Source of the DNA: Eledone cirrhosa
Lineage: Eukaryota
Length of the DNA: 64,000 bases
Assembly (NCBI GenBank): GCA_964016885.1
Contig: OZ024749.1
Coordinates: 43,338,001 to 43,402,000 of the forward strand
Reading direction: 5' to 3'
The position numbers and the translations under genes were made by a program. Below the pieces are notes generated by a model. It was not told the DNA's origin, made no database searches, and was given only the letters and a program-made list of their open reading frames with translations. Numbering within the stretch: position 1 is the first letter of the stretch; each line of letters starts with the position of its first letter. Shown here one piece after another: positions 47,542 to 61,487 of this stretch.

Positions 47542-49912
47542 AAATGTAAAGCTAATAAATATATATATATATATATATATTTATTTATTTATTTATATAT
47601 TTATCTAGTTTTATATATATATATAATGCATGTAAATCTACACATTGATACGTTCCGCGCACTTACTTATGCACGTATGTATATATATACATATATATAT
47701 ATCCATATGTGGAACGATGCGTGTAAACATACATAAGGCGTATAATGCATCTCTACAAGCATATCATTTTAAATTACATTAAATGATAATTCAGAAGTCT
47801 TATTAATTGTGTATGGCTTTCTATTGAATGTTTAGAAACCACCAAACACAGTAGCTCTCTTTTTTGTTACTGAACAGATCTCTTATGTAAAACATACATA
47901 TTGAACAGAACTGTTGTTTAAAAGCATAGAATATAAATTGGTTCCCGTTCAGGAATTAACATTTGCTGGAAATTTTAATTTCTGCTAATTATCTTAACTC
48001 TCATGCAAAAGTAATTTAACTATAGCAAATCTAATTTACTCGACTGTAGGAGCTACCATAGAAAGAACAGACAAAAATACATTAAGAACGATACTGAAAG
48101 CATTAGATGATGACTATCCAGCCATAAATGGGAATGTCAAAGACGTGTAATTCAGTGTGTGTTTATATGATATATTGATAGTTTTCTGCTAGACGTTGAT
48201 ACAATACGGTTTCATTTGCTAGTTGAAGCAAATTCATTTAATTTACCTTCATTAATAGCAATAGATACAAAAGTACCCAACATTCTATTGTTACGATCCC
48301 TTATGAAATTAATGACGTCAATCTATGGACAGAATTTACCTTTAGCGATTTCGAGATTTCATTTAATTGTAACATTTAACATAATTTAATCACCAGAGCA
48401 TTGTCATTAGCTCTGGTTTAATGTATCAGGTAAACCGAAAATCAATGTTATAAATCGTTCGCCTCTGTTGGATTACAGAGTAGGGTCACAATTCTATTAT
48501 ACTCATATTTAATGGGAATCTGCCATCTTAAAGTGTATTGTTTGGGTTTGTTTACACATGTACAGGTTCAAACAATTATCTCACTAATAATATATTTCCC
48601 CTGCAAATACATCCAAGTAATAGTTGGCGTTTAGCTCAGGTCTGAATAATCATACATATAATCAAAAGACTTAGGGTATAACTCTCCCATTTCTTATGCA
48701 GAAAAGATACATTGGATTATAATATTTAATGTGCCGTTCTTAAGACAGGAGGATACGGTTTTAAGGGGCTTAAGCTGTGATTTACAGGCGACCAATCGAT
48801 TATACTGAAGCTGCTTCGCTGACTGGAAGCTACAAGTAATCAGATTTAGAGGGATGACATTCTGTGGCTTTTATCCAATATTGGAAGTTATTAACAAATT
48901 ACGTGTGGATTAATATACTTAATGTAATAAGTCAGTACACATGTGGTCAGTTAAAGTTAAAGTCGCCATAAAGAGAAAAAATATTAGATTTAATTATTTA
49001 TTTTTGTGTAGAACAGAAAGACAGAAAACTCTGGATTTGAAATTGATTTCAAATTGAACCAACTATGTAGTCGGGACTTCTGATATTTCCTAATTTCTGT
49101 GATGACTCTGTAAATGTTTCAGTTATAATTACACTCCGGTCTAAGTCATATTACCACCTTGCCCACATTTATTAGAGGTAACGGTTTTGAGTCGAAATCA
49201 TTCACTTATAGCTACTGATTTACCATAATGACGTGGGAACATCTCCAAGGGTAGCCGTCTGCACAAAAGCATATATAGTTAAGTGGAATGAGACATATTT
49301 TTAATCAACTCGATATGTATAAAGAACGTCAAATGAAAGATCTCTGATATCGGAATCAATTAAAATAGAGAGTGTATTAAAGAGGAGTCTTATATCAGAC
49401 TATGTTGAGAGTTCACCATATTTCAGCCTTATTAAGCTTTCTTAGAAGTGTATAGTTCTACTAATGTTAAGGGAAATTGGTTGCAGTTATTCCAAACACT
49501 TCTTCAATATTCTTGTATGTTGTCTAATTATAGTTTCACATCTAGAAACATTATAGATCACTGATCTACCATTAACGTGTCACTGACTTGCGATTTACAT
49601 TTTTCCTGCAATACATTTATTTTATTAATGTATTCTGAAATATTTTTATTAGTTGATTAAACAATAAAGCTGAAAATACAACAAACACATTTACATTTCA
49701 GAGAACACATAATTGTGTGCACTTTTGAATAATTAATAATACATACACCATAAATGAGTGGTATGGATGGTTTCGTTAAAAGGCTATTTCAAATTTTACT
49801 GCAAATTAATACCAGGTTATATTTTCTACGTGCATCACATTCTGATATACCCACCAAGATATATTCCATTGCTATCATCTAGGGAAATGTTCCACTCTTT
49901 TGTTTCGATAAT

Positions 49913-50092
49913 TGTTTCTACTTTAGGCACAAGGCCAGCAATTACCCAGTGCATTACTGGTACTTTAATTTATCGACCCCGTAAGGATGAAAGGCAAAGT
50001 CAACCTCGGCGGGATTTGAACTCAGATCGTAAAGGGACGTAACTATGCTGGAAAGCATGGCGTCCGACTCTCTACCGATACTGCCAATCCAC
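49913..50092 (-). mobile_element. SINE A, young short form with TSD
   Basis: TCCACTCTTTTGTTTCGATAAT at 49891-49912 and 50088-50109; 3 differences from the 62490 copy. Confidence 0.93.
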
Positions 50093-51159
50093 TCTTTTGT
50101 TTCGATAATAACCGTTATTTGTACTTTTACAAATAAATGCTCAAATTAGTTTCCGTTTCGTACAAAAATATACTTAAATGATGTATAAGTATACGAGAAG
50201 AATAGTGAACACAGGCACGGAAAAATGGTGATCGCAATCATGATATCCCATGTTCGGTCTAAATGGAATCTTGAACATATATCGTTACTATAGACTCGCG
50301 TCGACATAAGCAATGTGAGTAGAATTGGGTTGATGTAACCTGTGTGGCGGCCCCGCACACGATTTTGTTGAGCTGTAATTCAAAAGTTCAGTATTGTCAG
50401 ACATTGTCTCACTCCGAAACCGCCTGAGAACTAAGGTTACGAACATACGAGTATTTTGAATGCTTAACCAAGTACAAAGACATTCATTTGATCGAACGAC
50501 TGAATATTCCCCGTTGAAACCGACGAAGGATCTCTTATCCCATTAACAATGGAAAGACGTTTCGAATACTATACAGGATCGTAGTTGCAGTAATGAAAAT
50601 CCTCATGTTCATGTAGAACTTATTCGAGCCTTCTGTGTTCACACCTTTGCTGTAAACAGATGTTTTGCTCAGCCTGACTATTAAAACATAATTCTCATCA
50701 TTTGTTCCTCGCTCCAGCACATTTTAGTGAGGATGTATACAATCTTGCTTGTATATATTCATAACTTCAAACTGTCTATTTCTCATTTACTTATCTTTAT
50801 AGAACAAGTGCAACCTCTATAATATGAAGTGAATTTTGAATGCAGGAATGCTAGTCTATGCTCGTATCGACGAGCCACATGAGACACGTGATTAATTCCA
50901 GCATAGCAAATTGAATAATCGTGTTCTACATGGACCTGCACATGCATATTCACTACTAATAAGCTTCGCATTTTATTATCCAGGGGACTGATGCTCGTGC
51001 AAGGTTTTCCTTAATATGAAATTATGATATCTTCTGAAATATTGATGGTGCTTACTATCATGATGTTATATGTCACATTTCTGTCGAAACACTACGTAGT
51101 TTACTGTATTATACATGTCCGGGTATCACGTTTCTGGTTATATTAAATGTATTACATAA

Positions 51160-51278
51160 ACACTACAGAAGAAAGCTACATGTATGAAGCAATTAGAAAA
51201 CTACAGAGGAAGGCTACAGGAATTAAACAATTAGAAAACTAGAGAAGAAATCTACATGAATTAGACAATAAGAAACTA
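51160..51278. repeat. Diverged ~38-bp tandem repeat x3
   Basis: ACTACAGAAGAAAGCTACA...CAATTAGAAA repeated. Confidence 0.75.
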
Positions 51279-52052
51279 ATTCAGCGATATGAATACAACA
51301 TGGTTTAATTATGTTAAGAGATATGTAATCGGCATAACACAGAACATATCCAAACATGTACTAAGCTGGTTGCATATTATAGAAATTAACAAGACCTTTC
51401 AGTGACGAAATATTATTTACATAACATAACAAATTCTAAAGTTACTACTATTTAAAGTTCATGTTAAATAGAGCAAAGACTCTCAGGAGGTTCAATTTGG
51501 CTTTTTAAACAGGATTTTACTATTTTCTTTTGATTTTATATACGGCTGTTTCAGAAAGTTGGCACGTGAATTGCATATATAAATGTCATAGAGATACACG
51601 GAGTATAGTTCTTCTATTTGCATATTACAGGTTTCTTTTATATCGAATTATCATATGTAAGTTGCTGCAATCTCCATGCTATTATGCTTAAATGTTCTGA
51701 TGTACAGCTCGTAATATACATAATATCTGTTACTATTTCTCATAGAATATCTGGATATTTAGAATATATTTTAGTGCAAAATATACCGACATGTTTGTAC
51801 TTATTTCAACGTGAATTCGTTGGAAGTTGATGTATTTTATTGTAATATCTACCTATTAATTTATGTAGATCTGAGAGAAATATGTCAAATGTTTCCCTCG
51901 GATCTTCTAATATATGGAAGTATGTTACTATATGACATGTATTACTATCAGAATATAGGTCCGCACCAACTTTGCTATGAAATGTATTGTATTATATAAA
52001 GATATTTAAAGGTGCAATAGACAGAAATGTTCAATTGTTTCACATAATATAA

Positions 52053-52335
52053 TTACCAGGCCCTGAATGAGAGTTACTCATCCTATATACTTAGAAATTG
52101 AAAGGCATTGAGAAAGCTTTCTATGTCCGTTGGTCATGAAAAATGGTAATTACTGCCTAGCACTTCCTAACTTTATTTCATTTATTTGAAACACTTTTTG
52201 GAACAATGGAAACGAAAGTGAGAAGTCTTTTCTCCGGAAAATTGATGCATTTCCATAAATCCTATTCACTGATGGAGAGAAAATACTTTAGCGGAAACCT
52301 CAAAGCGGCCTTCTTTATCTAATTAGTACCCTAAC
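52053..52335 (+). pseudogene. Possible decayed BEL/Pao LTR-retrotransposon RT fragment
   Basis: In-frame LPGP.. followed by GIEKAF (cf. the BEL/Pao GP...DIEKAF motif), interrupted by stops. Confidence 0.3.
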
Positions 52336-53445
52336 GCTATTTCATTCGACATCATTGATACTAGAAGTACAATAGGAGTTAATGCATCGCTGCAATTTGA
52401 AATGCGTCCACTCAAGAATCTGACAGGATATCGCGAATGATTGCTAGTATAATAGCCATGTTTTAATAGTCATAAAGAGAATGTTAACTGATCTAGTCAT
52501 TGCAAGCAATGCTGCGAGGGAAAGCCTTACGAATGTAAATCTACTCATTTACATGTTCATTACAAATGTCGTTTGACAGCATGTGAAGTAGTGTATAAAA
52601 TTATTCCAATGCCGAGTATTAGAATATAAAGGTCAGACGAAAGGTCATACGTATTTACAAATGAATTTTTCTTTGAGGTGATACTTGTTTCCAACAACGA
52701 TATTTCCCACCTACTTACTAATCTTATTAGATATGTATAAATACCTTGGTAGATACAACAGGACTTTGAGTTCAATATTATTTCGTGTATAAATTTCGAA
52801 AATATGTATTTTATCAGAAATTATATATTGAATCATATGATGTGTTGAAAATAGTCATATTGTTAGCAAATATAAAATAAAACATGTGCATTGATTGTGA
52901 TTATTATTAAATTCTTTACAATGTATTGCTAAACTCCAAACTTTCAATATAGAGTTCAATATAGAGTTCGTGTCTCTGGATATTCTAGTTTAACATTGCA
53001 TGTATATCAAACATTGTTTTAAGAGTAATTTATAAAAAATTTAAAGATTTTGTCTCTTCTAATATTTGCATCACTTTCTTTTCGTTTTTCTTTTATCACG
53101 TAACTCATGATAAATTCATAGAGGCTCCGTAGTGACAAACAATGTATTGTAGGTATTTAAAACCTGGCGAAGCCCAACCTTTCCAAGTCTGCACACAGGA
53201 GGGTGTGTGTTTGTGTGTGTGTGTCTATGTTTGTGCTTCTGCGTGTGAGATTTTTTAATACAGGTATGTTTGCGTGTGTATTCTGAGCAGCTGAATTTTG
53301 TATATTTGTGAGCGTGACATGATATAAGAGGACAAAGACTGAGAAATTGTGTCATTAGGAGTGTGTAAATACGGACAGAAAATTGTTGATTATGTTTTCT
53401 CATATTAATCTTAACGAACTTGTATGTATGTATGAATGAAATTAT

Positions 53446-54001
<556 letters not shown>

Positions 54002-54609
54002 ACATGAGTATATATTTCTTTACGTATGTACGTATGTATGAACATTTATAGATATATTGATATATATAGTATATGTTAGTCCAAAGATAATTACTATTTA
54101 TGTGTGCTGGGGCACGCCTCTGTGAATACACACATTATGTTTGATATTCTGCCGATATATAATATTGTTCGTTTCAGTAATAAGAATATATTGTTTTGGG
54201 TTTCTGCTAAGAAAGTAATTATTTTATTCCATTAGATATTTCGGTGGAGTGCATCACACAGTGCAACTGTTTTTATTTTTCGATTTAACTGCTGGATATA
54301 AATTATAACACACATATACATACACATATATGTATGTATACATACATACATATATATGTGTGTGTGTATATATACATATATTTATATATATATATATACA
54401 CATATAAATATATACATATATGTATGTATATATATATATATATAAATATATAAATATATACATATATGTATATATATATATACATATATATATATATACA
54501 TATATTATTCTAGTCGATCGACATTTTAGTCAAATCGGACCGAGGAAACTATGTTTCCGTTGGTCTTTCCAATTGCTAATACTATCTATCGGTCGCAACT
54601 CCAGGTAGA

Positions 54610-54727
54610 AGGAGCAACGTGAAATAAAGTGTCTTGCTCAAGGACATAACGCATCGCCTGGTTCAGGAATCGAACTCACAACCTCACGATTGTGAATCCA
54701 ATACTCTAACCACTCAGCCACACGCCT
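54610..54727 (-). mobile_element. 5' part of a CORE-like tRNA SINE
   Basis: Reverse complement reads GGCGTGTGGCTGAGTGG (A box)...GAGTTCGATTCC (B box)...GTCCTTGAGCAAGACACTTTATTTCACGTTGCTCC. Confidence 0.8.
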
Positions 54728-55297
54728 ATATATATATATATGTATATATACAAATATATATATATACATATATGTATATATATATACATACATATATACA
54801 TATATATATATACATATATACATATATGTATTTATATATACACATACATATATAGATAGATATAGATAGATATATGCACAGATATATGTTTGTTTATATA
54901 TATATTTGTGTCTGTGTGAGAATATATTGAATATACATAAATATATACGTGTGTATTTTTGTGATGAAATATTGTAATAATATAAAAGAAATGACGATCG
55001 AATATATATAAATTTTACATTAAAACACACGAATGGATAAATTCTTACTAGTTGAATGACGGCTAAAAGAGAGCTCGTTACATTAATGAAATTGAAGTAT
55101 AGATATTATTCATTACATATATGTGCGTGTGTGTGTATTGTAAAGTATAAAGTTAGTGTCAAACCGTTGAGGCCTTGCCGTTTCGAAGGCAAGATATCTG
55201 CCGCCAGGCAATAACTCTTTACATGCTGACACTCTGTTTTCCCAACTATCAAGTACTTAGATGAACAATGGTTTTACTAATCTGGACTGTTAAATCC

Positions 55298-55365
<68 letters not shown>

Positions 55366-55419
55366 AGAGAGAGTGAGAGGAGAGAGAGAATATGTGTGTA
55401 TATGTATATGCATAAATTA

Positions 55420-55563
55420 TGGACTAAATTGGACAGAATTAGCCGTCGAAACGGCTTGAGCTCAGCCGTCGGGGTCTTACTGGTTCCTATTACCCACTCT
55501 ACTACCCCAAGTATTGAGTACTTTGGTGCGTTATGGTCCACCTGGTTCCTTACATTTCCTTCG

Positions 55564-55566
<3 letters not shown>
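55420..55566 (+). mobile_element. Family B arm plus tail
   Basis: Matches 61570-61707; shares the variant CTTACTGG with the 33016 copy. Confidence 0.9.
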
Positions 55567-55618
<52 letters not shown>

Positions 55619-55782
55619 TGCTTTTAAGCCCCTTGGATTGTGTCTATTATTATATTCCTTTGTTGGTTACATTTTGGAATACCTGATGATTTCACGGGAT
55701 TCATACAGAACCCGGTTATTGAAATATTCATAGTATAATAAATCTTTAAGGGATTACACCAGTCCAGCCTCCTGTTATTTTA

Positions 55783-55918
<136 letters not shown>

Positions 55919-56786
55919 TATGTATACGTACATAAATATATGTATACAGACGTACAGTAGTATGTATATATATATACATACATGCACACATATATATATA
56001 TATATGTACGTATGGATTCACCGAACATTTATTATAATGCTCGGTGTGTTTGTAAACAAACATCCCGAATTAAGCCGTACAGTATTTAGCAACCATCGTT
56101 GCCCTTTTATTCAACACTGACAAAGGAACGATGTACTAGTTTAAAGTTTATTAGCTATCGTCAGCATGTATACCTTCCTGCCAGATGATTGAACGTCTGA
56201 AAGTATATACTTTCCTTATCATATTAACGGCTGAGCAGCCTAATTTGTATATCGAGTGAGTTAATCGGCCGGGCGCACCGCTTTTCAAAGAAAATGTCCC
56301 AGTGATATTGCCCTTTGGCCTCCAGAGTAATTATTTGCAACATCATTCTTCCCATTATTTCCTTTGAAATATGTTATAATGCTGACATGAGTATACTTTA
56401 ATATATATAACTTTAAGGGCTTTTCAAATAGATGGCAGAATTTGGTACACAGCCTTGGATACTAAACGACGTATATTGCAACACACCATTCCTTCACAGA
56501 AAAGTTTAAACTGTAAGAGAACCAACAAGACCGAGCTAGCTACACGCCTTACAATTTCATTACAGATTTACATTCAGTCGTTGACACATCTGAACACCGC
56601 ATATAACTCAGTCTTGGTAACAAAAATATGAAGATGATCTCATTGATATTTCATCTGCTATGATTCTGTGTACGTTTGAAATCTAGAACGAATTAATACA
56701 TCCTTTTTAATCCTAAAACCGACAGACACTCCTCATTCAGCAGTTTACAATCGATAGAACAAATAAATACAAGGGTGTGTGTGTGC

Positions 56787-56834
<48 letters not shown>

Positions 56835-57534
56835 GCACATATATATATATATTATAATTATGTGTGTTTAGAGAGAGAGAAACACAGAGTGAGAGAGAGG
56901 AGCAGGGAGAATGTGTGTGTGTGATGGATACATATATGTGTGTGTGTGTTTATTTATATCCGTATTTAATTTACTGTTTTAGAGGTGCCATTTGCTATTA
57001 TTACTGTTTCAACACAAGGTGCATTCGAACAAGTACAGCTAAAATACAGTCAATATAAATCGTACATTTCTATAATGGAAATTTCGATCACCGATTGTGG
57101 TTTTATTTTGTTTTGCTTGTATGTTTGTGTAGTTGTTTTTTCAGCAGAAAAAGAGAAAATTAAATACAGCTTTAGATCAGCTTTGTATTGAAATAAATAT
57201 AGTTTGCATTAGGCTTTTACACTGACCCTTTTGACAAAAATAAACACAACAGAATCATTAATGTTAGAGGAGGTCGATTTCATAATGTATAGAAATGAAA
57301 TAATATTATCTTATTTCTGTCGTAATAAATGGCATTGATTTTTATCAGTATCGATTTTTTTTTCAAAAAAAAAACACAGCTTATTTATTTCATATATTAA
57401 TTAAACACATCCGATATAAAATTTAGTGTATATAACATAGTTATATGGAGGGTTCATGTCTCTCTGATATAATTTACATTACTCATTCATCTCTTATTTT
57501 TAACAAAATATTAAAGTCTATTCTAGACTGGATA

Positions 57535-57829
57535 CTCTCTTCTGGAAGTATGTTTCCTCTTCTCTGCCCAGTTATTCCTGAGAGGATCCTGGGGGCAGAG
57601 TCTTCAAACACTCCTTGCAGCAGGTCTTGTCAGAAGTAACCGCCTCCAACTGATCCGGCTTAATCTCCAAGCGTGACCATCCAAGCTCATGGATGTTATC
57701 CAACCATCTTGTTCGGGGTCTACTCCTGGGTCTCTTGCCGGCTAGTTTAGCCCTGGTTTTGCCGGCTGGTTTTGCCCGATTTTTTCTTGAGGCATTCTAA
57801 CCACATGCCTATAGTATCGGATTTGTGAG
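57535..57829 (-). pseudogene. RTE-type LINE ORF C-terminus and 3' UTR fragment
   Basis: Translates SQIRYYRHVVRMPQEKI / (frameshift) GKRPRSRPRTRWLDNIHELGWSRLEI...QE*, matching the QLRW.GHV.RM and GKRPRGRP..RW.D motifs of RTE-like LINEs. Confidence 0.8.
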
Positions 57830-58094
57830 TATTCATTTTAGAAGTTCCCAATTATTGTAAAATATAAGAGAGAACATATTTCTGCAATATATAATCTCCA
57901 GAAGAATTGGTCGATCTAGTGATCCAGTTGTGACATTGCAATCCCTAACCGTATTTACTTTAGTTCTAATACATTAATTCATCAATATTTCAATGAAATA
58001 TAACCACGGTATCTGTGCTTCTCTGAAAGATAATAAATACCAGAGCTATAAGGAGCCGCCGAGAGAAAATTGTAAAATATCGTTGGTTCCTTAC

Positions 58095-58177
58095 CTTTCT
58101 TGGGATCGTGACACTCGAAGAAAACGATGGGAGGTTTCTTAATGTAGTAAATATATTCTAGATGGGAAATTGACGAT
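58095..58177 (-). CDS. Candidate 83-nt internal coding exon of an unidentified host gene (xSSISHLEYIYYIKKPPIVFFECHDPKK)
   Basis: Strong acceptor ATTTCTTTCCTTTGCAG and donor AAG|GTAAGG; exactly one frame open (phase 2 to 1); complex, non-repetitive sequence. Confidence 0.4.
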
Positions 58178-58653
58178 CTGCAAAGGAAAGAAATATTTCA
58201 TGTCCAAAATATAAAGCATTATAATCCAGAAGGTAAGAACCAAAACGACATCAATATAAAGGTAGATCTCAGAAGATCAAAAGTGTTTTACCAGCTCAGG
58301 TCAAGGTTAAACTCAATGAGGATCCTTAGAAATAATATTCTCCCATTAAAATTCAGGGTCAAATGGATCAGAAACTGAAGACGGCAAAGACGATTTCAAT
58401 AAGGATATGTTAGGTAGAAAGTGGGTAACACACCATCGTTTATTGGATGTCATGACATTCAGAATATTCCTATAAACCTGATAGTTCGTGCCAACACAAA
58501 TATGATATCCATTCTTGACATCCATAGTTTACGATATTTCTATATAGAAATCATATTTATTACATTTCTTCATCATCATCAACACCGTCATGACCTGCAT
58601 CATAACCATCATTAGGGTTAACATCAAAGCCGCCATCGTCATCATAACCATCA

Positions 58654-58701
<48 letters not shown>

Positions 58702-58775
58702 CATCACAATCATTTTCACCATCAACATCACCATCACCATCACCACCTCCACCACAGACACCAACATCATCATCG
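58654..58775. repeat. (ATC)n/(ACC)n
   Basis: Direct reading. Confidence 0.9.
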
Positions 58776-58942
58776 TTATTTCATTTGCCGCAAATGTCAT
58801 TAAAACCACGAAATCCCTTGCTCTGACGTTACTATGACATATTTCTAGACTTTACAGTAACATCTCTATACAAACCATTCTATTGTCGTTAATTTAGAGT
58901 AACAAAAATAGCTACATTATGGTAATCAACTTACACACGAGC

Positions 58943-58991
<49 letters not shown>

Positions 58992-59323
58992 GCGCTTATA
59001 AAACAAAACAATGAAAAAGAAATCTAATCTAACCTACCACACAAAGCAAAAAGCGTAAATAAATGAGAAAGAAAAATATTTATAAAAACAATAGAATATA
59101 GGAATATCGTTAAAAAACATTTATATAATGCGTTTGAAACTATACTAACACTTATCTTAATTCTAACTCTAACTTTAACCCTAATCTTAATACTAACATT
59201 AACCCTCAAACATTCATCCTTCTTTACCTCTAGCCTCACCTAAACGAACAATAGAACAGAAAACATATATTGTTTTTAAACAAGTGTTATCATGTTTATT
59301 CTATTCTATTATATTCTACGATT

Positions 59324-59508
59324 GATTGGCAGTATCGGTAGAGGGTCGGGCGCCATTCTTTGACGCATAGAGTTACTTCTACTTCCCTTGCCATTCTGAG
59401 TTCAAATCCCGCCGAGGTTAACTTTGCATTTCATCCTTACGGGGTTGATAAAATAAAGCACCAGTAATGTACTGGATAATTGCTGGCCTTGTGCCAAAAG
59501 TAGAAACA
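59324..59508 (+). mobile_element. SINE A, short form with TSD
   Basis: TSD ATTATATTCTA at 59308-59318 and 59509-59519. Confidence 0.9.
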
Positions 59509-59645
59509 ATTATATTCTAGCTTCTCCTTCTTCTCCCTGTAGCTTACTCTTCTTGCCTTGCCATGAACTGCACGCACTACAAAAATACTACACAACCCAC
59601 TATAGAAAATATGTATACACACACACACACACACACATATATATA

Positions 59646-59768
59646 TCGAAACGGCCGGAGCTCAGCCATCGGGGTGCTGACTTTTTTCCTATTACCTACA
59701 CTACTACCCTAAGCATTGAGTACTCTGGTGCGTTAGGTCCATCTGGTTCCTTACCACATCTCCTTCGT

Positions 59769-59770
<2 letters not shown>
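59646..59770 (+). mobile_element. Family B (B2-like), diverged and 5'-truncated
   Basis: TCGAAACGGCCGGAGCTCAGCC...CCTTCGTTA followed by (TA)n. Confidence 0.85.
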
Positions 59771-59799
<29 letters not shown>

Positions 59800-59960
59800 A
59801 TTACATGAACTCATAATCCTTTATTTACTGCTATATATATTTCGATGATAGCCATTGAATGGCTATGACCTCATCAGGCAGTTAGTCAGTTCTTAGATAT
59901 GCCAGCTCTGTGTTTATGGTGTTGATGGTATCAGAGCCTTGGGACATATATATATATGTT

Positions 59961-60145
59961 TATCCCGGATTCAGCCTGGGGTAACCACAGTAAGCAAGGT
60001 ACTCAATACATAGCAGAGTATAAATATTTCCTATAGAAATGGCTTCTACAGGACTAGAACTGTTTGATTCGGAAGAAATCATCAGAAGGCCCTGATGATT
60101 TCTCCCGAATGAAACAGTTCTAGTCCTGTAGAAGCCATTTCTATA
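59961..60145. mobile_element. Family C: 54-bp inverted arms with a hammerhead-like core, plus tail
   Basis: Arms 60032-60085 and 60092-60145 (2 mismatches), loop AAGGCC; CTGATGA(60092)...GAAAC(60111)...GTC(60123). Confidence 0.8.
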
Positions 60146-60852
60146 TTATATATATATATATATATATTTGTGAGTGTGTGCGTATATATATATATATATA
60201 TATGTGTGTGTTTGTGTGTGTGTGTATTTGTGCGTGTATATGACCCACACAGTAATCGATGCAACACGTCGAAGTGAATGCAATATAACAAGTCCTAACA
60301 ATACAAGATGATAAGAGGACAAAGAAAAAAATACAAAAAATAATACAAAAACTAATAAAACAAGATAAAAACAACTTTCAGAAAATAACAGTAAGTAACA
60401 CAACACAAAGGAAAATTGAATCATTCTTATCAAGATATCTCCCAGCATACATTGTTTAACAATTTAGTACTTTGGTTTCATGGCTTCATGATGTTGTTGA
60501 TGTTGTTGTTGTAACCAACCAACAATATAATATAATAATAAATACTTGGTTAAACACCTATGTTATGTTGTCAGAGTCATTTCTAATCTTTTCTCCTCCA
60601 TGATTAGACGAAATATTGAGTCCTAGCTTTTGCTTTCTAAAATGATATCTAGCTATATTCTAGCTGTATTGTGAGAACAATACATCTACTTGACGACTCA
60701 GTCATTCAGTACCAGTATCGTCAGCTACACAACTATCTCCATCTCCATCTCCACCATATCAACGACACTAATAATTGATATCATTAGTAATGTATATACG
60801 ATAGGTATACATACACACAAAAACACACAGATATATATATGTGAGTGAGTGA

Positions 60853-60853
<1 letters not shown>

Positions 60854-60935
<82 letters not shown>

Positions 60936-61360
60936 CATTTATATATATATATATACATATATATATGCATATATGTGTAAGTATATATACATATATATAT
61001 ATGTATATATACATATATATATATGCATATATGTGTAAGTATATATGTATACATATATATATATGTATATATATATATGTATATATATATATACATATAT
61101 ATATATGTATATATACATATATATATATGCATATATGTGTAAGTATATATGTATACATATATATATATGTATATATATATATGTATATATATATATGCAT
61201 ATATGTGTAAGCATATATATATACATATATATATATATGTATATATATATGTATATATATACATACATATATTTGTATATATATATACATATAAATATAT
61301 ATATGTATGTATATATATATACATATATATATATCTATATATGTATATATACATACATAT
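60854..61360. repeat. TA array with a higher-order unit (GCATATATGTGTAAG x4)
   Basis: Direct reading. Confidence 0.85.
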
Positions 61361-61487
61361 AGTTAGGGAAGCAGAAAATTGCTTATTGTAATCCAGTTCG
61401 TGGTTAAGACGTACGGTTTCAACGTTCAGTCTTGGAGTATATATATATATATGTATATATACATATATAAATATATATAAATATATA

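Noticed and set aside
55150-55260. TTGCCGTTTCGAAGGCAA hairpin, possibly another fold-back family
   Set aside because: Arms and tail stem-loop are too degenerate to match the shared architecture.
59142-59245. Degenerate CCCTAA-like hexamers (interstitial telomere?)
   Set aside because: Only one exact unit; consistent with low-complexity or repeat debris.
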